Assembly: GCA_048013815.1 (NCBI GenBank)
Contig: CM106585.1
Location: 1,488,001 to 1,552,000 of the forward strand
Reading direction: 5' to 3'
Length of the DNA stretch: 64,000 nucleotides
Source of the DNA: Setoptus koraiensis
Lineage: Eukaryota; Animalia; Arthropoda
Shown here: one piece after another, positions 24,301 to 37,930 of the stretch
How positions within the stretch are numbered: the stretch's first letter is position 1
Layout: the number at the start of each line of letters is the position of its first letter
Position numbers and translations under genes: made by a program
Notes under the pieces: model-generated
The model's input: only the letters and a program-made list of their open reading frames with translations
Database searches by the model: none
Told to the model about the DNA's origin: nothing

Positions 24301-27300
24301 TTGTAGGCGCTCACCTCTTCTCTGTCCAGTTTGTTGTTCACCTGTATCCAGCCTGTGTTTGTGTCTATGACAAAGTCGTTGTTGATGTTACCATCAACTA
24401 TGCTGTATCTGATGGGCTCATTTTCTGGATCGGTAGCGCTTATTTGTACGACTTGCGAATGAAGCGAAATACCCTCGCTTATTTCAACACTGAGTCTGTC
24501 ATTGTGAAAAACTGGCGGCCCCGTATTAGGGCCCTGAGTGATAAATATCTCCAGAATTCCCTGTGATATCCTGTTGAGTTTATCGCTAGCTTGCAGCGTC
24601 ACACTATATTGTTCGCCCGCGTTAAATTTGCCCAAAGTCTCCAGTTTGCCGGTGTCCTGATCAATGCGAAATTTGTCACGTCCATTGTTGCTGACATGGT
24701 AAATAGAATAAAATATCTTCGAATTGGCCTTGTCCTCGTCCAAATCGACGCCCTTGATGTAGGTGATGGTTCTAGTGCCGCCAGTTGTTGCTGGCACTCT
24801 CAACGGCACCAATGAACTGCTGCTAATTGTGGGCGCATTGTCGTCGACATCGGCCAGTGTGACATTTATTCTAATTGGGGCACTAACCGACTTAGATGAC
24901 ACAATGCCCACTTGTCGCGCAGTAACCTGAAATATGTGCACCGACGGATTTGGCGCATCTCTGTCCAAATTGGCCTGATTCACTAATAAATAGCCCTCTT
25001 TGTTTACCTTGAACGCCTGATTTGTTGTCTCAAACTCGTAAGCTGCCTGCGATTGTGCCTCACTGTCACCCGATTGTATCAGATCAATGTCGCTCACAAA
25101 TATTCTCAGCGGCACTCTAGCGTTGATCGGCGCACCGGTCATCTGTCCATTGGTCAGTCTGTATTTGTCTTGTTGTTTTTTGATCTGACTTCCGGTCAAC
25201 TTGGCGCCGGCCAGTAGCAGCAGATCAGCCTGCTTGCCGGGCGCCAGCAGAGTCATTGTGGCCTGTGATCTGTCATTGACCATAACCATGGTGCCCACTG
25301 GCGAATTTTCCTCCACTATTCCCTCGTAACTGTTTGGCTCTAACACTGGCGGATTTTTGTCCGTTGCCACCACCTCAATGGTGAGCTTTGCCTCGGCGCT
25401 AAACTTTTGTTCCGTTTGCTCTTGGGCTTGCAGCCACACAGTGAACCGTTTCACGACACTCCTATCGACAGGTTGTATTTGTTTGATGGTGCCATCTGAT
25501 GGGTTTATGTGAAAATAATCACTATAGTTGCTTGGTGTACCATTTAGGAAAGTGTATCTAATTTGAGCATTCAATTCATCACGATCTTGAGCCTTTATGG
25601 CCTGGGGCAATATCTTTATATTATAGTCAACATCTCCGCTCATAATAGTCGATCTGTATTCAACCGGACCATCATGCATCATCGATTTCATTGGCATTGT
25701 AGCGGTTGCGTCCGTCTGAGCATGATCCAGCGTGATACAATTACCAGCAGCGGCGTTATGAATTGATTTAATCATAGTCAGCGGCGGTATCGCTGTTGCA
25801 GTGGTCAAATAGAGATCCGGATTGTCGCTTTGCAACAGAGGATCCATGGCTAAATCGCTTTGTTGGTTGGGTTGAATGACCAACGAGGTAAAGTTGTTTT
25901 GTTGGCCGTTTTGGTTGTTGTTGTTGTTGTTGTCGTCGTTAATATTGGCCGCGATCATCATTGTGTGATCGTCGCCAACAATAACCAAATCACTGTCAGC
26001 TCCACTGCCCGACACTCCGGCACCTGTCTCTAAGATGGTCATTATATCATCGCCGCTGCCTTGACTAGTGGCGCCATCTTGATAACGACTAGCCGCTTGT
26101 ATGACGGTGCTGGCGTCCATTAGCGATGACAGTTGATGCTGCTGCTGCTGCTGTTGCTGTTGTAACCTGCTAATGGCCTGTTGTTGTAACTGCTGTTGTT
26201 GTTGTTGCTGTTGATTTGTTACGTAACTATGCTGTCGACTGGCCATTATATTGTTTGTCGCGCCAATTTGATGACTAATGAGACCGGATCTTCGCATCAA
26301 CTGGGCACCACTGTGAGCAGCATTGTTACCATTAGTGGCCTGACTTATTTGTGTGGCTGGATAATTTTGGTTATTGTAATAGGCAGCAGCCGATGGAATG
26401 GGCTGATTGGCACCAAGATAATTGTGATGACCACCGCCAGAGTGATCTTGATCGGCACCATTAACAGTGAACTTTGTTGGTGGCAACATTGACGATGGCG
26501 ACGGGTCCAGTTTGGCCCGTTGTGAGCCACTGTTCAGTTTGACCATTTTAGCAATATTGTCACTGTTGACATTGAAATTGTTGTTGTTTGCTAATGTTAC
26601 GTCAGCGCCATTAGTGGCATAATTCAAATTTAGGCACTGCACTGATGAGGCCTGATTGTTATCTAATACAAACACGGGGCCTTGATCGTCGCCATCTAAA
26701 ACTTTGACCACCAGTGTTGCCGTCGACGACAATCTGTCTCGCTCATTCAATGATTTGTCTGTTGCCTTGATGGTCAAATGAAGAATTTTGTCAGTTTCGT
26801 AATCTAGTGACTTTTTCAACTTGATCACCGGTCTGCCTGTATTAGGCGACAATTCGAGCGTAAAATACTCGTAGCCGTCTACTGGCATTGCTGGCGTCTT
26901 TATCTGTTTGTGTGCGTTCGATTTGTACGAATCACGCCAGGGATTATTGAATTCCGAGGCGGCCTGTTGCATTGGATCGTGTTGCTGTTCTACATTCTTG
27001 TTGTTGTTAACCTGATAATCTTGTTGTTGCGCTGACGGCGGCGTCACCACAAGCTGCCTAGAGGAAAATTGACGCTGCTGTAGTTGTAGTTGTGGTTGTT
27101 GTTGGCGATTGTTGCTCTTGCTAAATTGGCTCGTTTGCATGTTTGAGTTGCTGCGTTTTCTTCGCCTGTTGATCACCGTTCTGACATGTTGTTGTGTGGT
27201 CGTGGCGGCAGTTGTGCTGCTCATTTGAGCGCCTGACATCCTCCTTCCGGCTGTCATACTGAACGAAGCCATCGGAGCGTCATTATCATCTGAGCCTCTA

Positions 27301-30300
27301 ATCAGCTGCTCGCCATCTGTCATGTCGGGATTGCCTGTTGTTGTTGCTAGGTCAAATGTTGCACTTTCGTCATCGTCTTCAGCGTTGTTTGTTATGTTCT
27401 CATGCAATATCATCATGTCATCGTCGGCAGCAAGTGAACTGTTCGAAGCGACCGTTGTTGTTGATGTTGTCGTAGTTATTGTTGTTGCTGTGACCGCTTG
27501 GCTTGGATTTGTTGTGCCGATTGATCCGATTACAGGTGACGACGAAGACGTTGACGGCGACGACATTGCAGCATACGCCGGCACTGTCACTGTCGACTGA
27601 CCGGCTGGCAGTGACCTATTTGTGATTCGAATTGGCACAACTGTCGGCCTCGAAGTAACGGTTGTAACAGGATTAACGGTGGTGGTCATTTGCATGGCGC
27701 CATTTGTCACCTGTTGCCTCATGTTGGCGGTGCTTGTGCTGGCGCTAGTGTCACCACTAGTGTGGCCGTCGTTGTCGGCCGACGACGACAACGATGGAAC
27801 CAGATAATAATCAATTAGGCCATTGTTGCCCGAGTCAAAATCATTGGCAAATATCTGATCGTAGACAACGGAGCCCACTGGCAATAATTCACTGGCGGAC
27901 GTTGTGTAAGTTGGCTGCGAAAACACGGGAGCATTATCATTCAAATCAACCACTTTGACTAGTACAGGTATAATTTTCTGCGCAAGCGATACATCATTAT
28001 TATTCGTGTGTTCATGTTGTGTGTCATATTTGTGTCATTTGTGCCCATTCATCAATCAAAAATAAGCAAAGAGAGTATTAGTATTTAGCAATGAATAAAA
28101 AGAGAACGCTTCAATTTAAACGCACACTACCCAAACATCTTTCTTCGGGGCTATTTCTCTACTGGCACAACTGCAATTGATTTATCGTTTCCTATCAGGC
28201 AATCGATTGCTATTTTCATTTCAATCATGATCATCTCCGGCTCGGCATTTTAGCCGGCGGCTGACTTGCCCGCCGGTGACTTCAATTGGCGCATCAGGCG
28301 CCAGACGGCAATGTAGCAAGATTTTACAATTTTACAGTTCAATTTTCGAAAGTAAATAATTATACATCCAGCAGCCCGCTAACAGAATCGATATCGAGCC
28401 AGCCAGCGGACTCGCAATAAATACATCTCTATATCCCGTGCCCATACTAAACAGGCCAGACGGTGGGAATGCAGACGGTCGCTCTCTTTTTCTCGCTGCC
28501 TGGCTCAATTTCGGTGAGTCTCGAATGGAAATACAAATTGCAAATTATTCATGTCCGTCCAGAGAAAGCAGCGTTCATTTTTGGAATTTTCACATTTTCC
28601 TCCGAGCACGACTCCGAACTGACTTGTGAGCCGACTGCACAAGCTCGGCCAGACCTTTATATTGCCTTTTATTTCGGCTGGCTCGGCTTTTCTCACTTGC
28701 TTCAATGTGGCCAATGTGAATCACTGCAGGCTCTTTGTCGATTGTAGCTCGCGGATCTCGCTGCCTCCCAGTTTGCTCAGTCGGCTGCCCGAATCGAGCA
28801 TGACAAATCAATTATTGCTAATTAAACGCTACCGAAGATGATGTAATGATGATAGAACTTTCACAGTTTGCAGCACAAACTCACCTTGTTCTGATTTCTT
28901 TTGTCGGTGCACAAAACTTGCAAATATATGGAAGCGATAGAACTTGTTCCGTTCTAATGGGATTCAGTTTACATGTAGACGTTGTTGATGAGCGTAATTA
29001 TAAATGAGAGAGAAGATAACTTAGTAGTCAGTTTGGGCTTACTTTCGTCTCACTGCCGCTATATTGTAGCGGTAATATTATATAATATACAGCCGATACA
29101 GTTCGTGTTGCATGTATTAGCATTAGAAAGAAACAACTCACCTCTCGCAGCGAGCCATCTCGATCCAGGGGCCTGAGCAGCTTGAGCTGCTTGCCTTGCA
29201 GCCGAAAGTATTTGTATGTTTCCGTTTCTATCTTGAGCTCTATTTCGTCGTTTGACACTGATCCTTTTATTGGCAATTCCAGCGGCACAGTCGATTGGTT
29301 TATCTCTGTTGTGTTTGTTGCGTTTTCGTGAGATTTTTTGAGCGCCCGAGCACACGAACAAAACGGACAAAACGGACAAAATGGACACAATGATCAGATG
29401 AGAGATCAGATTTTCAATGATAAATGGCGCTTTTTTCCTCGCGCCGAGTTGCATCTCAATTTTGAATCAAGTTCAATGCTGCCGCTATTCCGGCTAGACT
29501 GATTCAATCGGATACTGTCAGTCATATGGCACCCCTGTTGCTTGCGCAAGCACAGTGAGAAAACGCGCACAAACATGGAAGGCAGACAGGAAAAAGGGAA
29601 AACGCTGACATCGAGATTACTCACCCGAGCCTCTACTTTCCGTTATCTCCAATATGGCCACACTTTCTCCATTGTAGACATGGCACGCTGCATTCATTGT
29701 TGTTTAATCCGGCATCAATGATAGCGCCCTCGCCACGGGCATCCGGTAACATTTGTGATCGACAGGCAAACAATCAGCGATCGGATGGACATTGCAGACA
29801 TTGTTATAAGTCGTCGTATGTGGCATTTCGTATTTCGTTGTTATTGTTGTTGTTGTTTTTTTGTCGTTGTTGTTGTTGTTGTTGTTTTGCACAAACAAAG
29901 CATAATGGCAAACACAGTGGGAATGAGTTGGTATGGCAAGTGCAAGTGAGCAATTGATAAAAAGAGAAAAGGCCAAAATGAGGAAGTAAATGGAGCAGCC
30001 AAGTAACGATTGGCCAAAATGGTCAAGTATTAGCGTTTTTGCAACAGGCACAAAGAAAACAGGTGTAATGGCGAGTGCGGCCAGTGCATAGATTTAACAA
30101 AAGGTGATAGCAACAACGGATGGATTATGGTCAGTATTGTTACAGTTGTTGTTGGTTGATTCGTGCATCAGACACGATTATTATGCAACAATGTAATACA
30201 GATTTAGAAATTATTTTTGTTGTCGACGGGCATGTTTTTGTGCCATGCAGTTCGTAAGTTACGCAAGTTGATGGTGGTAAGTTGTATGGGCCAAAGTAGG

Positions 30301-33300
30301 TAATTGCCAATCAGTGTTTGTTATCGATGACCAATGGTGAAAGTGAATTATTTTTTTTTTTTTTTAGTTTTCGTTTCAGTTTTAGTTTTGGTTTTGGTCC
30401 AAGTCACATGTTGTTGCATCCGAATGACATGTGTAGTTGAGCATTGTATAGCAAAGTAAAAAAAAAACATAAATAAAATAGACATTATGTTATAATTAGT
30501 TATTGCTAGCCAAAATAAATGATGATTTTATTTCTTACAAAGAGAGCAAACTCTGCTATTAGATAAGATTTCGATTCGCTATTCGCTATTCGTGATGATG
30601 CAATCCACTAATGATCATGTTGTCGGAAATTACAATTTAATGATGGCCTTGCGATCATGTGTCAGCGATAATGTGTGTCGAGATAAGTTGGCTTAGCTAA
30701 GTTAATGTTATTACAACCAGGCACACTATAGCATCATTATGTATGCTATTATTAGTCATTAGAGTTTTACGTTGCGCAATGTTAACACAAACAACAACAG
30801 GTACTTTGTCAGATGTCCGGTCCCGTTGATGTCAATCGTTATTCTCTATTCAACTGTCCGTGCATCGTCGTCATGATACAAATATTTTATTTTTATGTCC
30901 GCACTCCGGACAAACTCAGTTGCCAAACGGACGCAAATAGTGGCGGATGTCAAGTTTGCTTGATAGTTGTCGTTTACATTGGCACAGCATTATTGCAGCT
31001 GACAGTATTATTAGCGCTTGATTGAGCGGTTCTGTCGCTGTCTTATCATTGATAAGTTATCAACGAAACTGTTGAAACGATTGCACCGTCACAATCAAAA
31101 GTTGTCATTACATCATACGAGATGCTTGTTGTCTATTTTTAGCGTGCTCTTTCGTGTTGAATCACCGTTATCATATCTGATCATATAATATCTGATGCGA
31201 TTATTATATAACGTTAAGAATGGGCGAAATGAGAAAGAGTTTTTGCAGCTGTAATTGACACCACAGGCAACAATTGTGCCCTGCATCAATCGTCAGCGAC
31301 CAACAAACACAAATAAAACATGTAAATGTTCAACTCTTTCGCTGGTCGTTATCATGTTGTGCATATTCGATCGTAATGATAATTATACGCACTCTCACTG
31401 TTATCACTTTTATCTGTTAAGGCGATACGAATATGTAACTATTGCCAATAACAGAGAGAGAGAGAGACAGTGAACAAGTTTTTTACCCTTCTCTCCCAGG
31501 TTAACACCAGCAGTGTAAATGGCAGCATAAAGTATTGCGTAATGTGTAAAAACAAACAAACACTGGTCACCGAAACGTGAACACAATTTGAAATGTGCCA
31601 AATGTGCCTCTTGAAATGGTGAGAATGAAAACAGAAAAAGTATCTTGTTGCTGCAATCACCTGTTCCATTGGTAGCCTAACATTGCCACCAAAGGAATGT
31701 CGGCGATAATTTGAAAATACACAAAATATAACAACGACTAATCAGATCAAGCTGATGCAATGCAAAAGTGCAAATACATACAGCGCAAGAAAAATGGATT
31801 AAATTTAAATATTGACACACTTCACATAACAGTTATATCAGATATATACAGATAGATTCAATACTGTGTATACCGGTATATATTGAAGTTACTGCTAGCT
31901 GTGTGGCGAGCAGGCAGTAGCTCAAAATGAGGTTATCTCTCGTCAACATCGAGCGGCCATTGCAGATGATTAATTAACCAGTGCTAGGCTGCTCTAAAAA
32001 CTGCAATGTAACTGTATTGGCCAGTTAGTTAGCAAAGGGCGAAATATCGAGATAGCCAAATAGCGGAATGTTGCTCGAATCAATCTTGCTTTAGCTTTCT
32101 TCTGTTGCTTATTATCGGCTGCTCGGTGTTGGCAGATGTTATCAGATAAATTAGATCAGTTGCGGCTCACAATGTATAAATATATAAATATACAATGATG
32201 GCGGGCAACTCTCGCTAATTCGAATCATCGACCTTCGATTAGCTGGCCCATTGAGCATTGGAGGCCAGTGAGTGACGATGCGATACCTCTAACCGCTAAT
32301 TAGCTAATCGCAGCCATACTTTTACGTTGAAATATTTTAGCAAAATTTGGCAGCACACTCACTGCTGCAATATGAGCACATGGCTCACTGGCCATATTAA
32401 TATTTATCTGATTAGTGGCCAGTGTCCGGCCAGCAGATTTGATCTAGAATCAAGTTTATTCATCAGCTGCGATGCTTAGGTCAACTGGCCAAGAAGATCC
32501 GACCAAGACTCGAAAGTCAAATGATTGTGTGACAGGCCAAATAGGTTATCCACTCATTCGCACACTTTTTCATGATCTCGCCACATGATTCCAGCGACTC
32601 TCATTGGCTCTGACCATTTTGTTGGCCGTCCATAATAGGACAAATCTTGACATATCTCTGGCGCTTTGCAGCATCACAATGGCGACGGCATGATAATATT
32701 AATAGTATCACGGTGATTATTATCGCATGTGTTATTATTGATATTATTAGCAGCGGCAGCAGCAGCAGTGGCGCTGTTGTCGCCCACGTGATAATTAATA
32801 TAAGTACAAACGGTGCTGTTTGTTTGTTTGTCAGCAAACAACTCTCGCGAAAGCAATTTTAATTAGTTTGCTGGCCAACACACACACACACACACACACA
32901 CTCACGAGTAAGATGAAATTACATACAGACGTATGATACAAACATGACTTGTTGCGCAATCGAGTTTGCCTCGAGAATCTCGGAGCAGTTTGCAAGATGC
33001 AATCCAATGTAGATAATTTGATGTAGATTCATTAGGCCCTCGCATGCATTGATTAGCATTTGTTGCATCAGCAGCTACACTCATCGTAACGAGTTAATGA
33101 GCGCTCGCATGCAACTTTCTCAGTAAAATGATTTGTGTGAAACTGGACCAAAGTAGTGATATTTAAACAAGTCCCACCAATGCAACGATCGCTTACACCG
33201 CCAAGCACCAAGCACTACAAAGTTTAGTGAGCCACTCAACTGATTATTGCCACTATTATACGACTATTTACATAATTTGTGTTACGTTATACAACTGTGT

Positions 33301-34006
33301 TTATACTTGTGCTTGTATTATATAACTGACGTATATTTCTGTTTCGCCATTCTTTTAAACCAACAAACCTCTTGTACTTTGTCGGACCACCATCGCATAT
33401 AATGGCCGTGCAACGATAGCGAAACAGTTAATAGAAACATGGTGAATGTATCTTACCGTTAATGTGTGTCGTTGTTGGCCTAATGGCCTCAACTGAATTA
33501 AATGTATTAGTGTTTCTCAGTGCTGACAGGTTGTTAACTGATGATAGTATGCAAATACCAAATAATAATGATAGAATCGAGGTCAGCGTCGCTAGCTGTT
33601 GGCTTGCCGTTGCCGATCTAGTAGATGTGCTTGTTGTAGTTGAAATGTCATTGAGTAATACAGAGCGACCGTGTCGTGCATTGATGGTATTCGGTCTAAT
33701 TAATGACGATGACAATTGATTGCTGACGATTGTATTCCTATATGTAAACATTGCGTCATTGTGATTAATTAATTGTGCACTTGCTTGGCGAAAATAATTA
33801 CTATTGCTGCAATTTATTGGATCATCTTTTTTAATGGCATTGTTGTCTTGGTGTCGTTTTCTTTTTGTATACCGGCTGCAATTGACAATTGTTGACAATT
33901 TTGCTTGTTTCGTATGACATTTTGCAGTTTGCTTGATATGAGATGGACACATTTTATCACATATTAGGATTTTTGCTACCGTGCTCGTTGATGATGATCT
34001 ATCCAT
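21375..34006 (-). CDS. Cad99C: Cadherin-99C / protocadherin-15 orthologue, 2351 aa. Exons 33457-34006, 29625-29687, 29142-29305, 28885-28953, 24233-27977, 22344-24093, 21973-22202, 21375-21859
   Basis: Diagnostic matches to recalled fly Cad99C: CHVYNGESVAILEITESR, ELPIKG...LKLLRPLDRD, YSIYHVSNNG...AGEQYSVT, GPNTGPP, TDAWFYLIEP and KEYETQML. All exon phases are consistent and the CDS totals 7056 nt. The first exon is inferred from phase and a hydrophobic segment. Confidence 0.92.
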
Positions 34007-35626
34007 TTCTGTTGCGGGGCGCGTGCGTGTGTGTTGGTTTCAAGAGCGAAACTGATTGAGACAATAATACAAAACTGAATAAAATAATAACACAAAACTA
34101 ATTAAAATAATAATAAATAAGACACTGGACACTGGTCAGTGGTTGTTGCCGATGAGTATTATCAATATTTTGACTTGTGTGCATCAACGTTGATTGTTGC
34201 CGGTATCGCCCATATGGTAATGAATTGCCGATTGCACCAGCATTGCGACTCAACATGCATTTGCAATGGCCAATGGCGAACGGGATCTTGCCAGAGTTTG
34301 TTTGTTGACTTTGTTTGTTTGCACTGGTGAACTTCAAATTGCGCCGCTGCTGCTGTTTGTGTTGCTGTTGCTGGCTTAAGTGATTAAATCAGAGCAGGCC
34401 GAGAATTCGAAGATGATGACGGACACAACAAACATAACTGGAGTGTTGCGTTGTGTTTTGTTCATTAAGCCGAGCGGCGGTGGCGGCGGCGACGACGGTG
34501 ACGGCGAATAAGATGATGAGTGGCATTTAGTATATGGATAAATAAGAGCATAAGCATGTTGTTAGTTGGGCTAGTTGCGCAAGTTGGTTGGCGGCAAGAC
34601 ACGATGAAGAAGCTAAAAACAGCATGATTCATGAATGAGTCTATATATAAATTAAACATGAACTGGCAGTTGTTGTTGTCGTTGTTGTTTGCAGCAACAT
34701 GGTTGCTGTATTATTAGTTGTATGGCTTGCGATGGAGTTAGCTGGCTGGACAAGACACACACCAGCCAAAGCAAACGGATTTCGCCTTGCCTTAATTTTT
34801 CCTTTCTTCCTCGACCGCTCACCAGACACTAAGCCGCTCCGAAGTTATGTCTCTGCTGTGTCGCTGTTGCTGTTGCAAGTTGGCCCAACAGCGACATCAG
34901 CAGCAACGACGACAACGACAACGATAACGACGACAACGATAGAGACACATTATTGGGACAAACCTGGATGATACCTTTGCAAAGAAACTCAATGAATGAC
35001 GAGATAAAATGCAACGAAATAGAATAGTGCGCCTATTGACATACTACTTATTACATACAGGTTATTTGTGCGCAGCGGTTATAATGAAATAATAATAATA
35101 ATAATAATTCCACTCTTTCGTTTGTCATCATTATTATTTAGCTGATTCGTGAACAGTCAACAACTGTAAGTGGTCGCATCGGGCTGCCATTTGTGACTTG
35201 AGAGCAACAGATTTCTTTTCAACTTTGCTCGCTTCGGCCAGCCAACCGATGGCCACCATTCTGTGGCGACACTAAAGCACACAGGTGAGCCGAATAGGAG
35301 AGCACAAATATATCCCTTTGAAAAACATCCAAAGTATATATACAGAAACATATCACTAAATTTGTGTTCGTTTTGTGACCAACTGGCGAACGGGTATAGC
35401 ATTTCAGATGGCAACACATCCACTCTTTCCGTTGCCCTGTTCATGCAACTGCGATGCCTATTTTGGTCTATTGTGGTTTCGATGAGCGTCGTGTCGTGTC
35501 GTCGGCCATTACAATCAAAACGTATCATGTGAGCAGCGTGCAAAGAAACGTCAAATGAAATGACATTTGTCAACTGGCTCGAACACATACAACGAACTTG
35601 ATATGGCCAAATTTGTTTGTTCGCTT

Positions 35627-35703
35627 TCAACGGTCATTCAATGGTCAGTCAATGGTCATTCGATGGTCACTCGACGGTCACTCGATGGTCATTCGATGGT
35701 GCA
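35627..35703. repeat. 11-bp minisatellite, consensus TCRAYGGTCAY, x7
   Basis: Read directly from the sequence. Confidence 0.9.
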
Positions 35704-36437
35704 TCCGATCCGGTGCGTAAGAGGGCGAGATTAGCAAATATTAGCGAGCTGATTGTTGGTGGCTGCTTGGCGAGCCACAAACAATCAACTGGCCATTTAA
35801 CCGGGCTGTTTAACCAGCAACAGCTATCAACAACCACCGACAGCAACAGCTGCCGACAACCACCGACAGCAACTAGCGAATGTCCGGCAAATCATAGCGA
35901 CCAGTATCAATGGTGCGAGTCGACAAGACAATGATAATAATAATAATAAAATGATGCTAATATTATGTAAGGCGATGTGATATAATGGTGCGCTCGCTGT
36001 GATGCGGCTCATATGATACGATTCAATTTCGAAATCAGCAGCACGACAACAGTGCCGACAGCAGCGGCAACAACAACGGCAACAACAGCGGCAACAACGA
36101 CAGCGCCGTTGAGAGCCGGATAAAAGTGATGCTGGCCAAGCGTGCACTTGTTGCACTTGTCATTATGCATGAATTGCCAAAGTTGTTGTGTTATCAAGTG
36201 TTGTTGTTGGCGCGCCGAGACATAGCGTTTAGTTTTAGTTAGCTGAGTTTGCGAGTTTCAATCATGCGGCCGCATCGGTCAGTCGGATGTTGCACTGACT
36301 GGCCGTTGATGACCAGTGATCTGGCGGCCGGCAACAACATGAGCAACAACAAACGCACTTGATTGATGCAATTCAATTTAAGTTTAATTTCATCGCCTGT
36401 CCGCCACTGTGTTTATCGGCTACTTATTTGCTCGCCT

Positions 36438-36485
36438 GCTCACTTCTAGGCTCACCTGTAAGCTCACCTGTGAGCTCACCTGGCC
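36438..36485. repeat. 12-bp tandem repeat GCTCACCTGTRA x4 (degenerate)
   Basis: Read directly from the sequence. Confidence 0.8.
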
Positions 36486-36827
36486 AGCTACCTGGCCGCC
36501 ATATAAACAGCGTCCACATGCATACAGAATCATGCGCTCGCAAACAATCAAACGCACTGACACTCACACAAAAGGCAACTGCCTCTTCAATTACAATGCT
36601 TGACCTCTGTCAATAGTCGCGCCAGATATATATTTACATACTGCTGTTGTGCTCTTTTGGCTTTATTTGGCGAGCCAGTTTTGCTGCGTTGTCATGCCAT
36701 TTCCCATGCGTGTGCCCACCATCGCACCATGCAAACACACACACACACGCACACACACTAGCAAAGTCGAGGTGTGAGTAGTAGATGAACGCACAATGGC
36801 CGGCTCAGTTGGCGCTCTCGACGCCGG

Positions 36828-36975
36828 ACCGAACGAGCCCAAGCGAAGCCGAATCAAACGAAGCCAAACGAACAGAAACGAAACGAGTCGAAACGAAACG
36901 AATCGAATAAGAGGAATAAAAAGAATAAAAGGAATAAAAGGAAACAAAACGAACGAAATCAAAAGGAATCGCATC
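36828..36975. repeat. Degenerate CGAAA/CGAAT pentamer array and AAAAGGAAT repeats
   Basis: Read directly from the sequence. Confidence 0.8.
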
Positions 36976-37817
36976 GCACGGCCTATCAAAAGTTGTTGAT
37001 TGTGATGCAATCGATTTGATAGAGTGAAGCAAAGTTGATTTGACGAGTTATGATGCGTTTGCAAATAATATTCATTTGCATTATCATGCATAGGCGGCAA
37101 CGGTAATAATTGCAACAATTGGCCACAAGTCGCCGACCAACTGATCGACTGATCGACTGATCAAATGGGCAAGTGGGCAAGCGAGCAAGTGAGCCGGAGC
37201 TAACCAACTTGCTGACAGCTCTGCGGCCACTTTCGTTGCAGCATTCGAACAACATTCGCTTTTTGCGCATTCTCTCCGGCCACCGACATATAAATACCGA
37301 TAAATATTACACACACACACACACACTGCACTGTGTAGCGTACGCATTACGTAACGTTACACAATCATGATATGGTTGATGTTGATCATCAACGGCAGCA
37401 GCAGCAGCAGCAAGTTGATGATTGTGTTTGATTAATTGGGCCCACGGTTGGCCTATTGAGTGAGCTCGATTTGAGTGAGCATTGGGCAAATGATTGATTC
37501 GTTGCTCGAGCCAGTCAACTACTGGCTAACTGGCGCTAACCGCTAATGCTACAGGCACGCCGACATGCCAGCGCCTAGCCCAGCGAGTTTGTCCAGCCGC
37601 TGTACTTTGGCTCTGTTGTAAGTAAATTAGCATGATTACGCAATATGCAATACTGATAATTTAATCATATCCATGCGATGATAGTGACCGGTGTGAGCAC
37701 AGACGAGCGGCTTAACTCGCTCGTTAGTGTTTGCTCATTGTGCATGTGTGCAGCTAGCTTGTGTATGAGACACACACACACAAGCTAGCTGCAAAATGGG
37801 TTTATTAGATTACGTAA

Positions 37818-37930
37818 GCAGATATGAGAGGCAGATATAAGCAGATATAAGCAGATGTGAGCAGATATAAGCAGATATAGGCATATATGAGAGGCAGATC
37901 TGAGAAGATACAAGAGCCGAGCAGATCGAG
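37818..37930. repeat. 10-bp minisatellite GCAGATATAA, decaying toward the 3' end
   Basis: Read directly from the sequence. Confidence 0.9.

Noticed and set aside
29059-29454. ORF with hydrophobic LISHLIIVSILSVLSVLFV as a possible Cad99C signal peptide
   Set aside because: Wrong frame relative to the cadherin exon. It derives from a 9-bp intronic repeat.
29704-30051. 115-aa minus-strand ORF with a signal-peptide-like stretch, in frame with the Cad99C CHVYNGE exon
   Set aside because: A TAA separates it from the exon and there is no good donor. The 33457-34006 exon supplies a matching phase-1 donor, so this ORF is intronic.
35157-35630. 157-aa minus-strand ORF upstream of Cad99C
   Set aside because: TTG start, no recognisable domain and no convincing splice signals.
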